Shown here piece after piece: positions 43,087 through 52,366 of a stretch of 64,000 nucleotides of DNA. Each line of letters begins with the position of its first letter. Position 1 is the first letter of the stretch. The DNA is from Planctomycetota bacterium. Lineage in GTDB: Bacteria > Planctomycetota > UBA1135 > UBA2386. The notes beneath the pieces were generated by a model that saw only the letters and a list, made by a program, of their open reading frames with translations, did not search any database and had not been told where the DNA came from. The position numbers and the translations under genes were made by a program. The stretch covers positions 4,736,001-4,800,000 of the forward strand of contig JBKAGP010000001.1 in NCBI GenBank assembly GCA_046290465.1, in the 5' to 3' direction.

Positions 43087-44880
43087 ATGGGAAGCAGGAA
43101 CCCCACAGAGCCGCGGCTCCGCCCCGCGACCGCTGACTCGATCGTGCATCGCCTGCGCCGACATGCCGTTGCGCGTGGCGGCGCGACGGCGTTCCGCCTG
43201 CTGCACGGCGCGTCCGGCGCGTTGTCGCAGCTGAGCTTCGGCCAGCTCGACCGGCTGGTCGACGCGGCCGCGGCCTGGTTGCGGTTCGAGCAGGGCGAAC
43301 GCGTGACGGGCCAACGGGTCGTGCTGCTGTTCGAGCCGGGGCTCGAGTTCGTGGTCGCGTTGCTGGCGTGCATGCGGGCCGGCTGCGTGGCCGTGCCGCT
43401 GCGGCCGCCGCGCACCGACGTCGAACATGCGGCGCTGCAGGGCATCGTGCGCAAGGTCGACGCGCGGCTGCTGCTGGTCGACGCGGCGACGCGCGTGCGC
43501 GGCGTGCATCGCGGTGTCTGCGACGAGGCCGGCTGCAGGCTGCGCGTGCTCGACTGGCTGCAGGATGCGAGCGCGGTCGCGACGATCCTGGCCTGCTGCG
43601 ACGCCGAGGATGCCGACGGCTCCGACGACGCGTTCCTGCAGTTCACGTCGGGCTCGACCGGCGACCCCAAGGGTGTGGTGGTCCGGCACGACCACATCCT
43701 CGCCAACCAGCAGGTGATCGAAGCGGCGTTCGGGCACGACCAGCGCACGACCACGGTCAGCTGGCTGCCGCACTTCCACGACATGGGGCTGATCGGCACG
43801 ATCCTGCAGCCGCTCTACCTCGGCCGCCCGTGCCACCTGATGGCGCCCGCGACGTTCTTGCAGCGGCCGCTGCGCTGGCTGCGCGCGATCGCCGACGCCG
43901 GCTGCGTGACCAGCGGCGGGCCCAACTTCGCGTTCCAGCACTGCGTCACGTCGATCACCGATCGCGAACTCGAGAACGGACCGCCGCTCGATCTGAGCGG
44001 ATGGCGGCTCGCGTTCGTCGGCGCCGAGCCGGTGCGCGCCGAGACGATGCGTCGGTTCGTCGAGCGGTTCGCGCGGTTCGGCTTCGACGCCGGCGCGCTC
44101 TACCCGTGCTACGGCCTGGCCGAGAGCACGCTGATGGTCACCGGCGGCGACGCAGGGCACGGGGTGCGCGCCCGTCTGCTCGATCGCGCGGTGCTCGACC
44201 AGGGGCGCGTGCAGCCGGCCGAACCTGGCGAAGGCTCGGTCGAAGTCGTGTCGTGCGGCCGCGTGCGCGGGGGGCAGCAGGTGGTCGTCGTCGACCCCGA
44301 TCGGCGCATCGCGCTGCCGGACGGTGAGGTCGGGGAGCTGTGGGTGCGAGGGCCGAGCGTCGCCGCCGGCTACTACCAAGACGAGGTGGCGACGCGCGAG
44401 CGCTTCGCGGCGACGCTGCGTGACGACGATCCGGCGCGCTACCTGCGCACCGGCGACCTCGGCTTCGTGCAGGACGGCGAGCTGTTCGTCACCGGCCGGC
44501 TCGGCTCGCGCATCATCCTCAACGGCCGCAAGTTCTACCCGCAGGACGTCGAGGCCGGCATCGCCGCGCTGCACCCGAGCTTCCGTGCCGGCGGCACGGC
44601 GGCGTTCGCGGTGGCGACCGAGACCGGCGCCAACCTGGTCATCGTGCAGGAGGTGCGCGGCCGTCAGGCCCGCGACCTCGATGCCAAGGCCGTGCTGCGC
44701 GCGGCGCGCGCCCAGATCAGTTCGCGGTTCGGCGTGCGGCTGCACGACCTCGTGCTGACCCGCGACTCCCTGCTCCGAACCAGCAGCGGCAAGTTGCGCC
44801 ACGCGCACAACCGACAGTGCTACCTTGGCGGGGGTTTCCGCCGCGTCGCCACCTCGCCTCCACGCGTCGAACATGCCTGA
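43087..44880 (+). CDS. Fatty acyl-AMP ligase (FAAL)
   Basis: AFLQFTSGSTGDPKGV, SWLPHFHDMGLIG, FLQRPLRWLRAI, SGGPNFAF, YPCYGLAESTL, YLRTGDLGF, RTSSGKL. Confidence 0.92.
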   Translation: MGSRNPTEPRLRPATADSIVHRLRRHAVARGGATAFRLLHGASGALSQLSFGQLDRLVDAAAAWLRFEQGERVTGQRVVLLFEPGLEFVVALLACMRAGCVAVPLRPPRTDVEHAALQGIVRKVDARLLLVDAATRVRGVHRGVCDEAGCRLRVLDWLQDASAVATILACCDAEDADGSDDAFLQFTSGSTGDPKGVVVRHDHILANQQVIEAAFGHDQRTTTVSWLPHFHDMGLIGTILQPLYLGRPCHLMAPATFLQRPLRWLRAIADAGCVTSGGPNFAFQHCVTSITDRELENGPPLDLSGWRLAFVGAEPVRAETMRRFVERFARFGFDAGALYPCYGLAESTLMVTGGDAGHGVRARLLDRAVLDQGRVQPAEPGEGSVEVVSCGRVRGGQQVVVVDPDRRIALPDGEVGELWVRGPSVAAGYYQDEVATRERFAATLRDDDPARYLRTGDLGFVQDGELFVTGRLGSRIILNGRKFYPQDVEAGIAALHPSFRAGGTAAFAVATETGANLVIVQEVRGRQARDLDAKAVLRAARAQISSRFGVRLHDLVLTRDSLLRTSSGKLRHAHNRQCYLGGGFRRVATSPPRVEHA

Positions 44881-45937
44881 GACCGTGTCCGATTCCATCG
44901 ACCGCCCCGTCGCCGGGCGCGGCGTCGACCGCCTGCTCGCCGCGGTCGTGACCTTCGTGCCGCCGCTCGGCGCGATCCTCGCGATCGTGCTGTGGACGCA
45001 GGGACTCGCGCCCGGCTGGGTCGAGATCGGCTCGATGCTGCTGATGCACGCGATCGCGCTGGTCGGCGTCGAGGTCGGCTTCCACCGCTTATTCGCGCAC
45101 CGGTCGTTCGAACCGCATCGCTACGTCAAGGTCGCGCTGGCAATGATGGGGTCGACCGCGTTCCAGGGACCGGTGATCTGGTGGGCGTCGATCCACCGCA
45201 AGCACCACCAGTACTCGGACCAGCCGGGCGACCCGCACTCGATGTACCTCGGTGGCCCCGGTCTGCTGGCGCGGCTGAAGGGCGCGGTGCACTCGCACAT
45301 CGGTTGGATCTGGCGCGCCGAGAGCGTCGGCCGCGGCGGCTTCCAGCGCTACGCCAAGGACCTGTATCGCGACGCCGACGTGCTCGCGATCCACATGCAC
45401 TACCTGCGCTACCTGGTGCTCGGCATGCTGATCCCGGCCGGCATCGGCGCGATCGCCTACGGCACCCTGCAAGGTGCGGCGCTCGGCTTCCTGTGGGGTG
45501 GTCTGGTGCGCGTGTTCGTGATGAACCACCTGACCTACTGGTGCATCAACTCGGTCACCCACGCGCTGGGCCGCCGGCCGTACCCGACCCGGGACCGCAG
45601 CACCAACTTCGCGTTGCTGAGCATCCCGACGCTCGGCCAGAGCTGGCACAACAACCACCACGCGGACCAGACCTCGGCGTTCATGAACCACCGTTGGTGG
45701 CAACTGGATCTCGGCGGCCTGTTGATCGGCGCGCTCGAGCGCGTCGGCCTGGTCCGCAACGCGCGGCGCCCCAACCGCGAGCGCCTGGCGGCTCTCGTCG
45801 GTGCACCGCACGCCGACCCCGACGAGACGTCCATCGACGGTTCGGCCCACCCCGGATCCGCGGTCGAGCCGACCGACCCGATCGCCTCGTTGCCGGGAGC
45901 AACGAGCGACCCCCGACTTCGCAAGCAAGCACGATGA
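44873..45937 (+). CDS. Membrane fatty acid desaturase (delta9-like / JamB-like)
   Basis: His boxes GFHRLFAH, HRKHHQYSD..GDPHS, INSVTH, SWHNNHH; start overlaps the FAAL stop. Confidence 0.9.
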   Translation: MPETVSDSIDRPVAGRGVDRLLAAVVTFVPPLGAILAIVLWTQGLAPGWVEIGSMLLMHAIALVGVEVGFHRLFAHRSFEPHRYVKVALAMMGSTAFQGPVIWWASIHRKHHQYSDQPGDPHSMYLGGPGLLARLKGAVHSHIGWIWRAESVGRGGFQRYAKDLYRDADVLAIHMHYLRYLVLGMLIPAGIGAIAYGTLQGAALGFLWGGLVRVFVMNHLTYWCINSVTHALGRRPYPTRDRSTNFALLSIPTLGQSWHNNHHADQTSAFMNHRWWQLDLGGLLIGALERVGLVRNARRPNRERLAALVGAPHADPDETSIDGSAHPGSAVEPTDPIASLPGATSDPRLRKQAR

Positions 45938-46218
45938 ACCCCAACGACAACCAGAAGGACCAGACGCCGCTGCAGCAGTGGCTGATCGGCGAGGTGGCCC
46001 GCCGGCTCGAGGTCGGCCCCGAACAGATCGACGCCGACGCCGAGTTCGACGAGTTCGGCCTCGACTCGGTGCAGGCCGTCGCGCTGAGCGGCGCGCTCTC
46101 CGATCGCGTCGGCGAGGAGCTGCCGGCGACGCTGCTCTACGAGCACCAGAGCATCCGCGCGCTCGCCAGCCACCTGGCCGCGCAGTACCCGCACGCGTGC
46201 GGCGTGGAGCAGAACTGA
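45934..46218 (+). CDS. Acyl carrier protein
   Basis: LQQWL, FDEFGLDSVQAV (Ppant Ser), PATLLYEHQSIRALASHL; ATGA overlap with the desaturase. Confidence 0.92.
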   Translation: MNPNDNQKDQTPLQQWLIGEVARRLEVGPEQIDADAEFDEFGLDSVQAVALSGALSDRVGEELPATLLYEHQSIRALASHLAAQYPHACGVEQN

Positions 46219-47150
46219 TGGCTGCGCAGACTGATCCGCTGGGCGATCCGCAGGCTACCGGTGGCGCGCAGGCGCAGCCCGGCGCGACCGCGCGCGCCAT
46301 CCAGCAGCACTACGACCTGAGCAACGACTTCTACGCGCTCTGGCTCGATCCGGGCATGGTCTACTCCGGCGCCAAATGGGCCGAGGGCGACGACCTCGAG
46401 CGCGCGCAGGTGCGCAAGCTCGACCACCACGTGCGCGAGTCGGGGGCGCGCGGCAAGCGCCGTGTGCTCGACATCGGCTGTGGCTGGGGCACGATGCTCG
46501 AACACCTGACCGAGCGCAACGACGTGCAGCAGGCCGTCGGCCTGACGCTCAGCCAGGCGCAGCACGACTACATCGCGACCCGCCGGCTGTCGCGCGCCGA
46601 GGCGCGCGTCGAGAGTTGGGCCGACCACCAGCCGGACGAACCGTACGACGCGATCATCTCGATCGGCGCGTTCGAGCACTTCGCGCGGCTCGACATGGAC
46701 GAGCAGCAGAAGGTGCAGGCCTACGCCGCGTTCTTCCGCAAGTGCTGGCACCTGCTCGGGCGCGACGGGCGGATGAGCCTGCAGACGTTCGCCTACGGCT
46801 CCGGCCGGCCTCGCCAGCAGGCGATCGACGACCCGTCGACGCGCTTCCTGGCGGCCGAGATCTTCCAGGAGACCGACCCGCCGACGCTCGCCAACATCGC
46901 CGACGCCGCGGTCGGCACGTTCGAGGTGGTCGCGCTCGAGAACGACCGCACCGGCTACGCGCGCACCTGCAAGGAGTGGTCGGAGCGGCTGCGCAAGACC
47001 CGCGAGCAGGCGATCGCGATCGTCGGCGAGGAGGCCTACGAGCGCTACCAGCGCTACCTCAACTACGCGTTCGTCGGCTTCCACACCGGCAACCTCGACC
47101 TCTACCGGATCACGCTGCAGCGCACCCGTCGCCTGCGCGCCGAGGGATGA
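46218..47150 (+). CDS. Cyclopropane fatty acid synthase / CMAS-family SAM methyltransferase (short form)
   Basis: IQQHYDLSNDFY, LERAQVRKL, VLDIGCGWG, GLTLSQAQ, SIGAFEHF, YARTCKEW. Confidence 0.9.
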   Translation: MAAQTDPLGDPQATGGAQAQPGATARAIQQHYDLSNDFYALWLDPGMVYSGAKWAEGDDLERAQVRKLDHHVRESGARGKRRVLDIGCGWGTMLEHLTERNDVQQAVGLTLSQAQHDYIATRRLSRAEARVESWADHQPDEPYDAIISIGAFEHFARLDMDEQQKVQAYAAFFRKCWHLLGRDGRMSLQTFAYGSGRPRQQAIDDPSTRFLAAEIFQETDPPTLANIADAAVGTFEVVALENDRTGYARTCKEWSERLRKTREQAIAIVGEEAYERYQRYLNYAFVGFHTGNLDLYRITLQRTRRLRAEG

Positions 47151-48016
47151 TGGAACCGTCGTCCGGAGCGGAGGCGGCGGCGTTGCCGGAGCAGGTCGTC
47201 GGCGCCTACACGCAGCGCTACCCGCTGCGGCACGACGAGCTCGGCGCGGGCGGCTACTTCCTGCCAGCACCGCTGGTCGGCGTGCTGCAGGAGGCCGCCG
47301 TCGACGGTTCCGCATCGCGCGGCTTCCCGCTGCCGTACTACCACCGCGAACGGGCGTTCTGGATGCTGCGGCGGATCTCGTTCTGCTACCGGCGACCGCT
47401 GCGTCACGACGACCAGCTGATGGTGACGACGTGGGTCTCGCGGGTCGGCAAGACCAGCCCGACGCGCGAATACCGGATGCAGACCGCCAGCGGCGAGCCG
47501 ATCGCCAGGGTGCGCACGTTCTGGGTCTACGTCGACGTGACGACCGGCCGTTCGAAGGACATCCCCGACGACCTGCGCGCCGGCTTCGCGCCGACCGACG
47601 AGCCGCTCGAGCAGGTGCTCGACGTCCCCGGCGGTTCGCTCGACCCGGCCGCGCCGACGATCGAACGGACCTGCGACGCGAGCTGGAGCGATGTCGACTG
47701 GTCCGGCCACGTCAAGTGCTGCAGCTACGTGCGCTGGCTCGAGGACCTGCTCACCGACACGTTCGTGCGTGCGGGCGAACGTCCGGGGGTGACCGGCCTG
47801 ACCAGCTTCGACCTGCAGTTCCTGGCCGCGACCAAGGCGGGCGACCGGCTGTCGCTGCGCGCGCAGGCGGGAGCGGCGTGGAAGGCCGAACTCGCGACCG
47901 ACCAGGGACAGGTCGTCGCGCTCGCGACGCTGTGGCCGATGCAGGTGGACCGCCGCCTGACGACGTTCGCGCCGGTCGCGGCCGAACGGCTCGCGCAGAT
48001 CCGCGCCGCGACCTAG
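47147..48016 (+). CDS. Acyl-ACP thioesterase (double hot-dog fold)
   Basis: LQEAAV, FWMLRR, VTTWVS, FWVYVDVTTGR, WSDVDWSGHVKCCSYVRW (variant of DxNxHVNN). Confidence 0.8.
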   Translation: MMEPSSGAEAAALPEQVVGAYTQRYPLRHDELGAGGYFLPAPLVGVLQEAAVDGSASRGFPLPYYHRERAFWMLRRISFCYRRPLRHDDQLMVTTWVSRVGKTSPTREYRMQTASGEPIARVRTFWVYVDVTTGRSKDIPDDLRAGFAPTDEPLEQVLDVPGGSLDPAAPTIERTCDASWSDVDWSGHVKCCSYVRWLEDLLTDTFVRAGERPGVTGLTSFDLQFLAATKAGDRLSLRAQAGAAWKAELATDQGQVVALATLWPMQVDRRLTTFAPVAAERLAQIRAAT

Positions 48017-48051
48017 ACCGACGACTCCAACAAGATCGAGACCGAGACCGC

Positions 48052-49053
48052 ATGCTTGCCCAGGGATACTGCATCCGCCTGTCGACCGACGACGACTGCG
48101 AGGCCATCTGCGAGCTGATGCGTCGCGCCTTCGACTACGGCGACGGCTCCAACGAGTCGCTCAACGCCGGCTGGTGGAACTGGAAGTACCGCGCCAACCC
48201 ACGCGGTCGCTACAGCATCGTCTGCGAAGGTCCCGAGGGCCGGCTGCTCGGCCACTACGGCGGCGTGCCGTCGCGGGTGTGGGTCGAGGGGCGACCGGTG
48301 ACCTTCGGCCAGAACTGCGATTCGTGCTCCGACCCCGAGGTGCGGCGCGGGCTGCGCAACCCGGGGCTGTTCGTGCGCCTGGCGCAGGCCTACGCGTCGA
48401 GCTTCTCCGGCCTCGAGGACAACTCGACGATGTACGGGCTGCCGATCCGCTCCGCGCACCGCATCGGGTCGAAGTACCTCGACTACTGGCTGGCGCGCAG
48501 CCAGCTCGGGTTCGTGCTCTCGGACACCAGCCGGCTGCCGGCGCGCGACGAACAGCTCGAGGTGCAGCCGATCGACGCGTTGCCCGACGACCTCGACGCG
48601 TTCCTGACGGCCAACCGCGAGCACCATCGCTGCCGCTCCGAACGTTCCGCCGAGTTCTACCAGTGGCGGTTCGTCAGCAACCCGCTGACGCGCTACCAGC
48701 TGGCGGTGCTGCGCGACCGCACCGGTGCGCTGCGCGGCGCCGCCGTCTACCGCAGCGCGCACTTCATGGGTCGCGACCTCGGCCTGCTGGTCGACCTGGT
48801 CGCCGCGCCCGACGACGACGCGGCGGCGGTCGAACTGGTGCGCTGGTCGACCGACCGCGCCGCGGCCGAGGGGCAGCAGGGCGTGTTCTTTCTGGCGGCG
48901 CCACCGTGGCCGTGGTTCGCGGCGATGCAGCAGTGGGGCTTTCGCGCCGAGACCACCGACTACGTGCTGGCCGCCCGGACCTACGCGAGCGTCGAGCCGG
49001 CGTTCCTGCGCGACCACTGGGTCTACACGCTGGCCGACTTCGACATCCTCTGA
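48052..49053 (+). CDS. GNAT family N-acyltransferase
   Basis: WWNWKYRANPRG, LLGHYG, DSCSDPEVRRG, YGLP, RSAEFYQWRF, YTLADFD. Confidence 0.75.
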   Translation: MLAQGYCIRLSTDDDCEAICELMRRAFDYGDGSNESLNAGWWNWKYRANPRGRYSIVCEGPEGRLLGHYGGVPSRVWVEGRPVTFGQNCDSCSDPEVRRGLRNPGLFVRLAQAYASSFSGLEDNSTMYGLPIRSAHRIGSKYLDYWLARSQLGFVLSDTSRLPARDEQLEVQPIDALPDDLDAFLTANREHHRCRSERSAEFYQWRFVSNPLTRYQLAVLRDRTGALRGAAVYRSAHFMGRDLGLLVDLVAAPDDDAAAVELVRWSTDRAAAEGQQGVFFLAAPPWPWFAAMQQWGFRAETTDYVLAARTYASVEPAFLRDHWVYTLADFDIL

Positions 49054-49065
49054 TCCCGACACGCC

Positions 49066-50088
49066 ATGTATCGCCTACGTGACTTCGAAGCGGCCGACCT
49101 GTCGACGATCGAGCGCGAGCTGCCTTCCCACGCCGAGATCGCGCGCGAGCTGCGCGGCCAGCCGGCACCGCTGCACGGTCTGATCGTGCACGACCCGCGC
49201 GACCGCGTCGTCGGGCTGCTGGTCGCCGTGCGTCACGAGCTGGTGACCAACACGCGCACGATCGGCCTCGGCATCGTGCGGTTGGCCTACATCCAGGAGC
49301 AGGCGCGGATCGGCGGCGTGCACAGCATGCTGCACGAGCTGGACACGGCGTTCGCCGAGCGCTTCGAAGGGCCGGACAAGGTGTTCCAGGCGATGATCGC
49401 GCAGTGGCACGAGCAAGACGTCTGGTGCCTGCGGCGCCTGCGCAACTACGAACCGATCGCGCAGAGCCTGTCGTTCGTCGGGCGCGTGCGCGGCATCGAG
49501 GCGCCCGCCGACGTCGCGGTGCGCGAGCTGACCGCGGCAGATCTGGACGCCGACGGCGGCATCACCTTCGACGCAGGTCCCGACATGGGCATGCGGCGAA
49601 CGGCCGCGATGCTGCGCGCCGCGGCGGCGCGCGACGGTCGCCGCGCCTGGGTCCTGCAGCGCGGCCGGGCGGTGCTGGGCTGGGCGGCGCGGCGGCTCGA
49701 CGGCGCCGAGGCGGTGGTCGAGGCGCACTGGATCCCGTGGTACGACGCACCGCTGGCGGCGGCGTTGGTCGCGCCGATGATGGCCGACGCCGAGGCGCTG
49801 CGGGTCACGCGTTGGACGTCGGACCCCAACGAGTTCGCGGGCATGCAGGACGTCGGCCTGTGCGTGTCGGGGCCCGAGCGCGTCGTCAGCGCGCGGGTCA
49901 GCGCGTTCGGCATGGCGCCGCCGAGCCTGGCCGACTTCGCCAGCCTCGGGGTCGCCGACGTCGGCGACGAACCGCTGCCGCAGCTGTCCTACAACGAACG
50001 CATCACCACGCCGCCGCCGCCGGGCACGCCGAGCACGCGCGGCGACCACCGCCGCAGCACCGGCACCTGCAAGTTCGAATCCCGATGA
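49066..50088 (+). CDS. Second GNAT-like protein (divergent)
   Basis: MYRLRDFEAAD, RVVGLL, layout similar to the upstream GNAT; in operon. Confidence 0.5.
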   Translation: MYRLRDFEAADLSTIERELPSHAEIARELRGQPAPLHGLIVHDPRDRVVGLLVAVRHELVTNTRTIGLGIVRLAYIQEQARIGGVHSMLHELDTAFAERFEGPDKVFQAMIAQWHEQDVWCLRRLRNYEPIAQSLSFVGRVRGIEAPADVAVRELTAADLDADGGITFDAGPDMGMRRTAAMLRAAAARDGRRAWVLQRGRAVLGWAARRLDGAEAVVEAHWIPWYDAPLAAALVAPMMADAEALRVTRWTSDPNEFAGMQDVGLCVSGPERVVSARVSAFGMAPPSLADFASLGVADVGDEPLPQLSYNERITTPPPPGTPSTRGDHRRSTGTCKFESR

Positions 50089-50618
50089 GCCAGCCAACCG
50101 AACCGAACCCAGCAGCACCGGATCCAGCAGAACCGGAGGATGGCGAGGAGCAGCGCCGGCGCGAGGTCGCCGCGCGCATGATCGTCACGCTCGACGGGCT
50201 GTGGTTCCGCAGCGTGCTCGAGGCGCTCGGGCCCGAGAAGACGCTGGCGATGGACATCCAGGTGTTCCAGCGCCAGTTCAAGATCGCGACGCGGGTGATC
50301 CGCGAGCGGTTCGGCCTCGATGGTGAGAGCCGCGCCGACAAGGCCAGGGTGTTCGAGGAGATGGCGCGCCTCTACGGCCACCGCTTCGAGGTGTTCGACG
50401 ACGGCGGTTCGGTCACGATGCGCCTGCACCGCTGCGGCTTCCTGCAGGCGCTGCGCGCGGCCGGCGTGACCGACCACGACTGCCGTGTCGTCTGCCGCGC
50501 GCTGCAGCCGGCCTGGTTCGGCGAGATGGAGCCGCGCACCAACGGCAAGGGCGAGCTTCGGCTCGGGTTGCCGGACGACTCGGGGCCGTGCGACTGGTCG
50601 ATCGAGCAGCCCGAGTAG
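50085..50618 (+). CDS. DUF6125 / ATC-hydrolase (V4R)-like protein
   Basis: TLDGLWF...LGPEKTLAMD; Cys pattern RLHRC, DCRVVC, PCDW; ATGA overlap. Confidence 0.6.
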   Translation: MSQPTEPNPAAPDPAEPEDGEEQRRREVAARMIVTLDGLWFRSVLEALGPEKTLAMDIQVFQRQFKIATRVIRERFGLDGESRADKARVFEEMARLYGHRFEVFDDGGSVTMRLHRCGFLQALRAAGVTDHDCRVVCRALQPAWFGEMEPRTNGKGELRLGLPDDSGPCDWSIEQPE

Positions 50619-50783
50619 TCGCTGGTCTTGTCGGGTGTGGGGGAGGGGCCGCCCGCTGCGCCGCGCTCCGTCCGCCCGGCGCGAGTCGACCGCGCGCGAA
50701 GGATCCGCGCGAAGGTCGACGGGGGCGAATCGACGGGGGGCGGTCGCGGCCCGTGCGGCCGCGACGTCGCTCGCGAAGATGGC

Positions 50784-51221
50784 CTACTTGGCCTTCTTCT
50801 TGAACGTCATCGTCATTTCCTTGCCGCCCTGCTTCTCGACGAGCGTCAGCGTACCGTCCTTGTAGGTCAGCGTGCGCGCATCGTCCTTGCCGTCTTCCTT
50901 CGCGACGATGGTCATCTTGTCGCCCTCGAGCTTCCAGGTGCCGGTCGTCTTGTCTTCCGTGGGTTCGCCGCCCGCCGGGTTCGGCATCATCATCGACATC
51001 TCGGCCGAGCCGTCGGCCTTGAGGGTCATCGTGCCCTTCATGCCTTCGGCCATCTTCTTGATCATCGGCTTCGCCGCTTCCGGCGCGCCTTCCAGCATCT
51101 GGGCTTCCATGGCCTTGGCGTCGAGCTCGTAGACACCGGTGCCGGCGGGCTCGCCCGCGCCACAGCTGGCGAGCATGGTCAGGGCGAGGGCAGTCAGAAT
51201 CGTCGTCAGGATCTTCTTCAT
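50784..51221 (-). CDS. Lipoprotein, lipocalin-like beta barrel
   Basis: MKKILTTILTALALTMLASC lipobox; GVYEL, TLKADGS, GTWKLEGDK, MTFKK. Confidence 0.75.
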   Translation of the reverse strand: MKKILTTILTALALTMLASCGAGEPAGTGVYELDAKAMEAQMLEGAPEAAKPMIKKMAEGMKGTMTLKADGSAEMSMMMPNPAGGEPTEDKTTGTWKLEGDKMTIVAKEDGKDDARTLTYKDGTLTLVEKQGGKEMTMTFKKKAK

Positions 51222-51360
51222 GCCGGAGAGCATGGCGAGGCGGCATGCCGCTCGCCACGAACGATCTGTCGGGTTCGGAAGAAACTCGATGAGGATTGCC
51301 GGTTTCGGCCTGCCGCGGGCCCGGGGGGGACGTTTCCGGCACAATGAACGGGCGCCCAAT

Positions 51361-51410
51361 CCCCAGCTCGTCGAACCCCAGCTCTGTGATCCCCAGCTTG
51401 TGATCCCCTG
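51361..51410. repeat. Imperfect 14-15-bp tandem repeats with CCCCAGCT core in a divergent intergenic region
   Basis: ccccagctcgtcgaa / ccccagctctgtgat / ccccagcttgtgat / cccctg. Confidence 0.7.
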
Positions 51411-51424
51411 GGCGCCGCCCCCCC

Positions 51425-52360
51425 ATGCTGATCCTCGCCGCCGTCCTGTCCTCGTTCGCCACCGCCGTCGTCCCGCAGGACCCGACGCCATCCCGGCCGT
51501 CGCCAGCCACCGAGCTCCCGCGGCAACGCCGCCAACCGGAGGTCTACAAGCAGGTCGGCGACGTCGAGCTGCGCATCGAACTGGTCGCGCCCGACGGGCA
51601 CACCAGCAAGGACCGTCGCCCGGCGATCGTGTTCTTCTTCGGCGGCGGCTGGAACGGCGGCACGACCGAGCAGTTCCGGCCGCAGGCCGCCTACCTGGCC
51701 TCGCGCGGCATGGTCGCCGCGCTCGCCGACTATCGCGTCCGGTCGCGCCACGGGACGACGCCGTTCGCGTGCGTCGCCGACGGCAAGAGCGCGGTGCGCT
51801 GGCTGCGCACCAACGCCGCCCGGCTCGGCATCGACCCGGGCCGGATCGCGGCCGGCGGGGGTTCGGCCGGCGGGCACGTCGCCGCCGCGACCGGCGTGCT
51901 CGCCGGACTCGACGAGCCGTCGGAGGACCGCGCGGTCTCGTCGGTGCCCGACGCCCTGGTGCTGTTCAATCCGGTCTTCGACAACGGCCCGGACGGCTAC
52001 GGCCACGCGCGGGTCAAGCCGCGGTGGCGGCAGATCTCGCCGTTGCACAACCTCCGCAAGGGGGCGCCGCCGACCATCGTGTTCCTCGGCAGCAAGGACA
52101 AGCTGATCCCGGTCGCCACCGCGCGCGCCTACCGGAGCCGCATGCAGCAGGTCGGGAGCCGCTGCGACCTGCACGTCTACGACGGCCAGCCGCACGGCTT
52201 CTTCAGCCGGGCGCGCAGCGCGCGCTGCTACGCGTTGACCGTGCGCGAGATGGACCGCTTCCTGGCCTCGCTCGGATGGCTCGATGGCGAGCCGACCATC
52301 GAGGTGCCTGACATCGAGGTGCCCGACATCGAGGTGCCGAGGCCGCGCGGCAAGCGCTGA
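51425..52360 (+). CDS. Secreted alpha/beta hydrolase (HSL/BD-FAE-like esterase)
   Basis: FFFGGGW, ADYRV, AVRWLR, GGSAGGH, LFNPV, GQPHGFF. Confidence 0.88.
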   Translation: MLILAAVLSSFATAVVPQDPTPSRPSPATELPRQRRQPEVYKQVGDVELRIELVAPDGHTSKDRRPAIVFFFGGGWNGGTTEQFRPQAAYLASRGMVAALADYRVRSRHGTTPFACVADGKSAVRWLRTNAARLGIDPGRIAAGGGSAGGHVAAATGVLAGLDEPSEDRAVSSVPDALVLFNPVFDNGPDGYGHARVKPRWRQISPLHNLRKGAPPTIVFLGSKDKLIPVATARAYRSRMQQVGSRCDLHVYDGQPHGFFSRARSARCYALTVREMDRFLASLGWLDGEPTIEVPDIEVPDIEVPRPRGKR

Positions 52361-52366
52361 CGCCGG

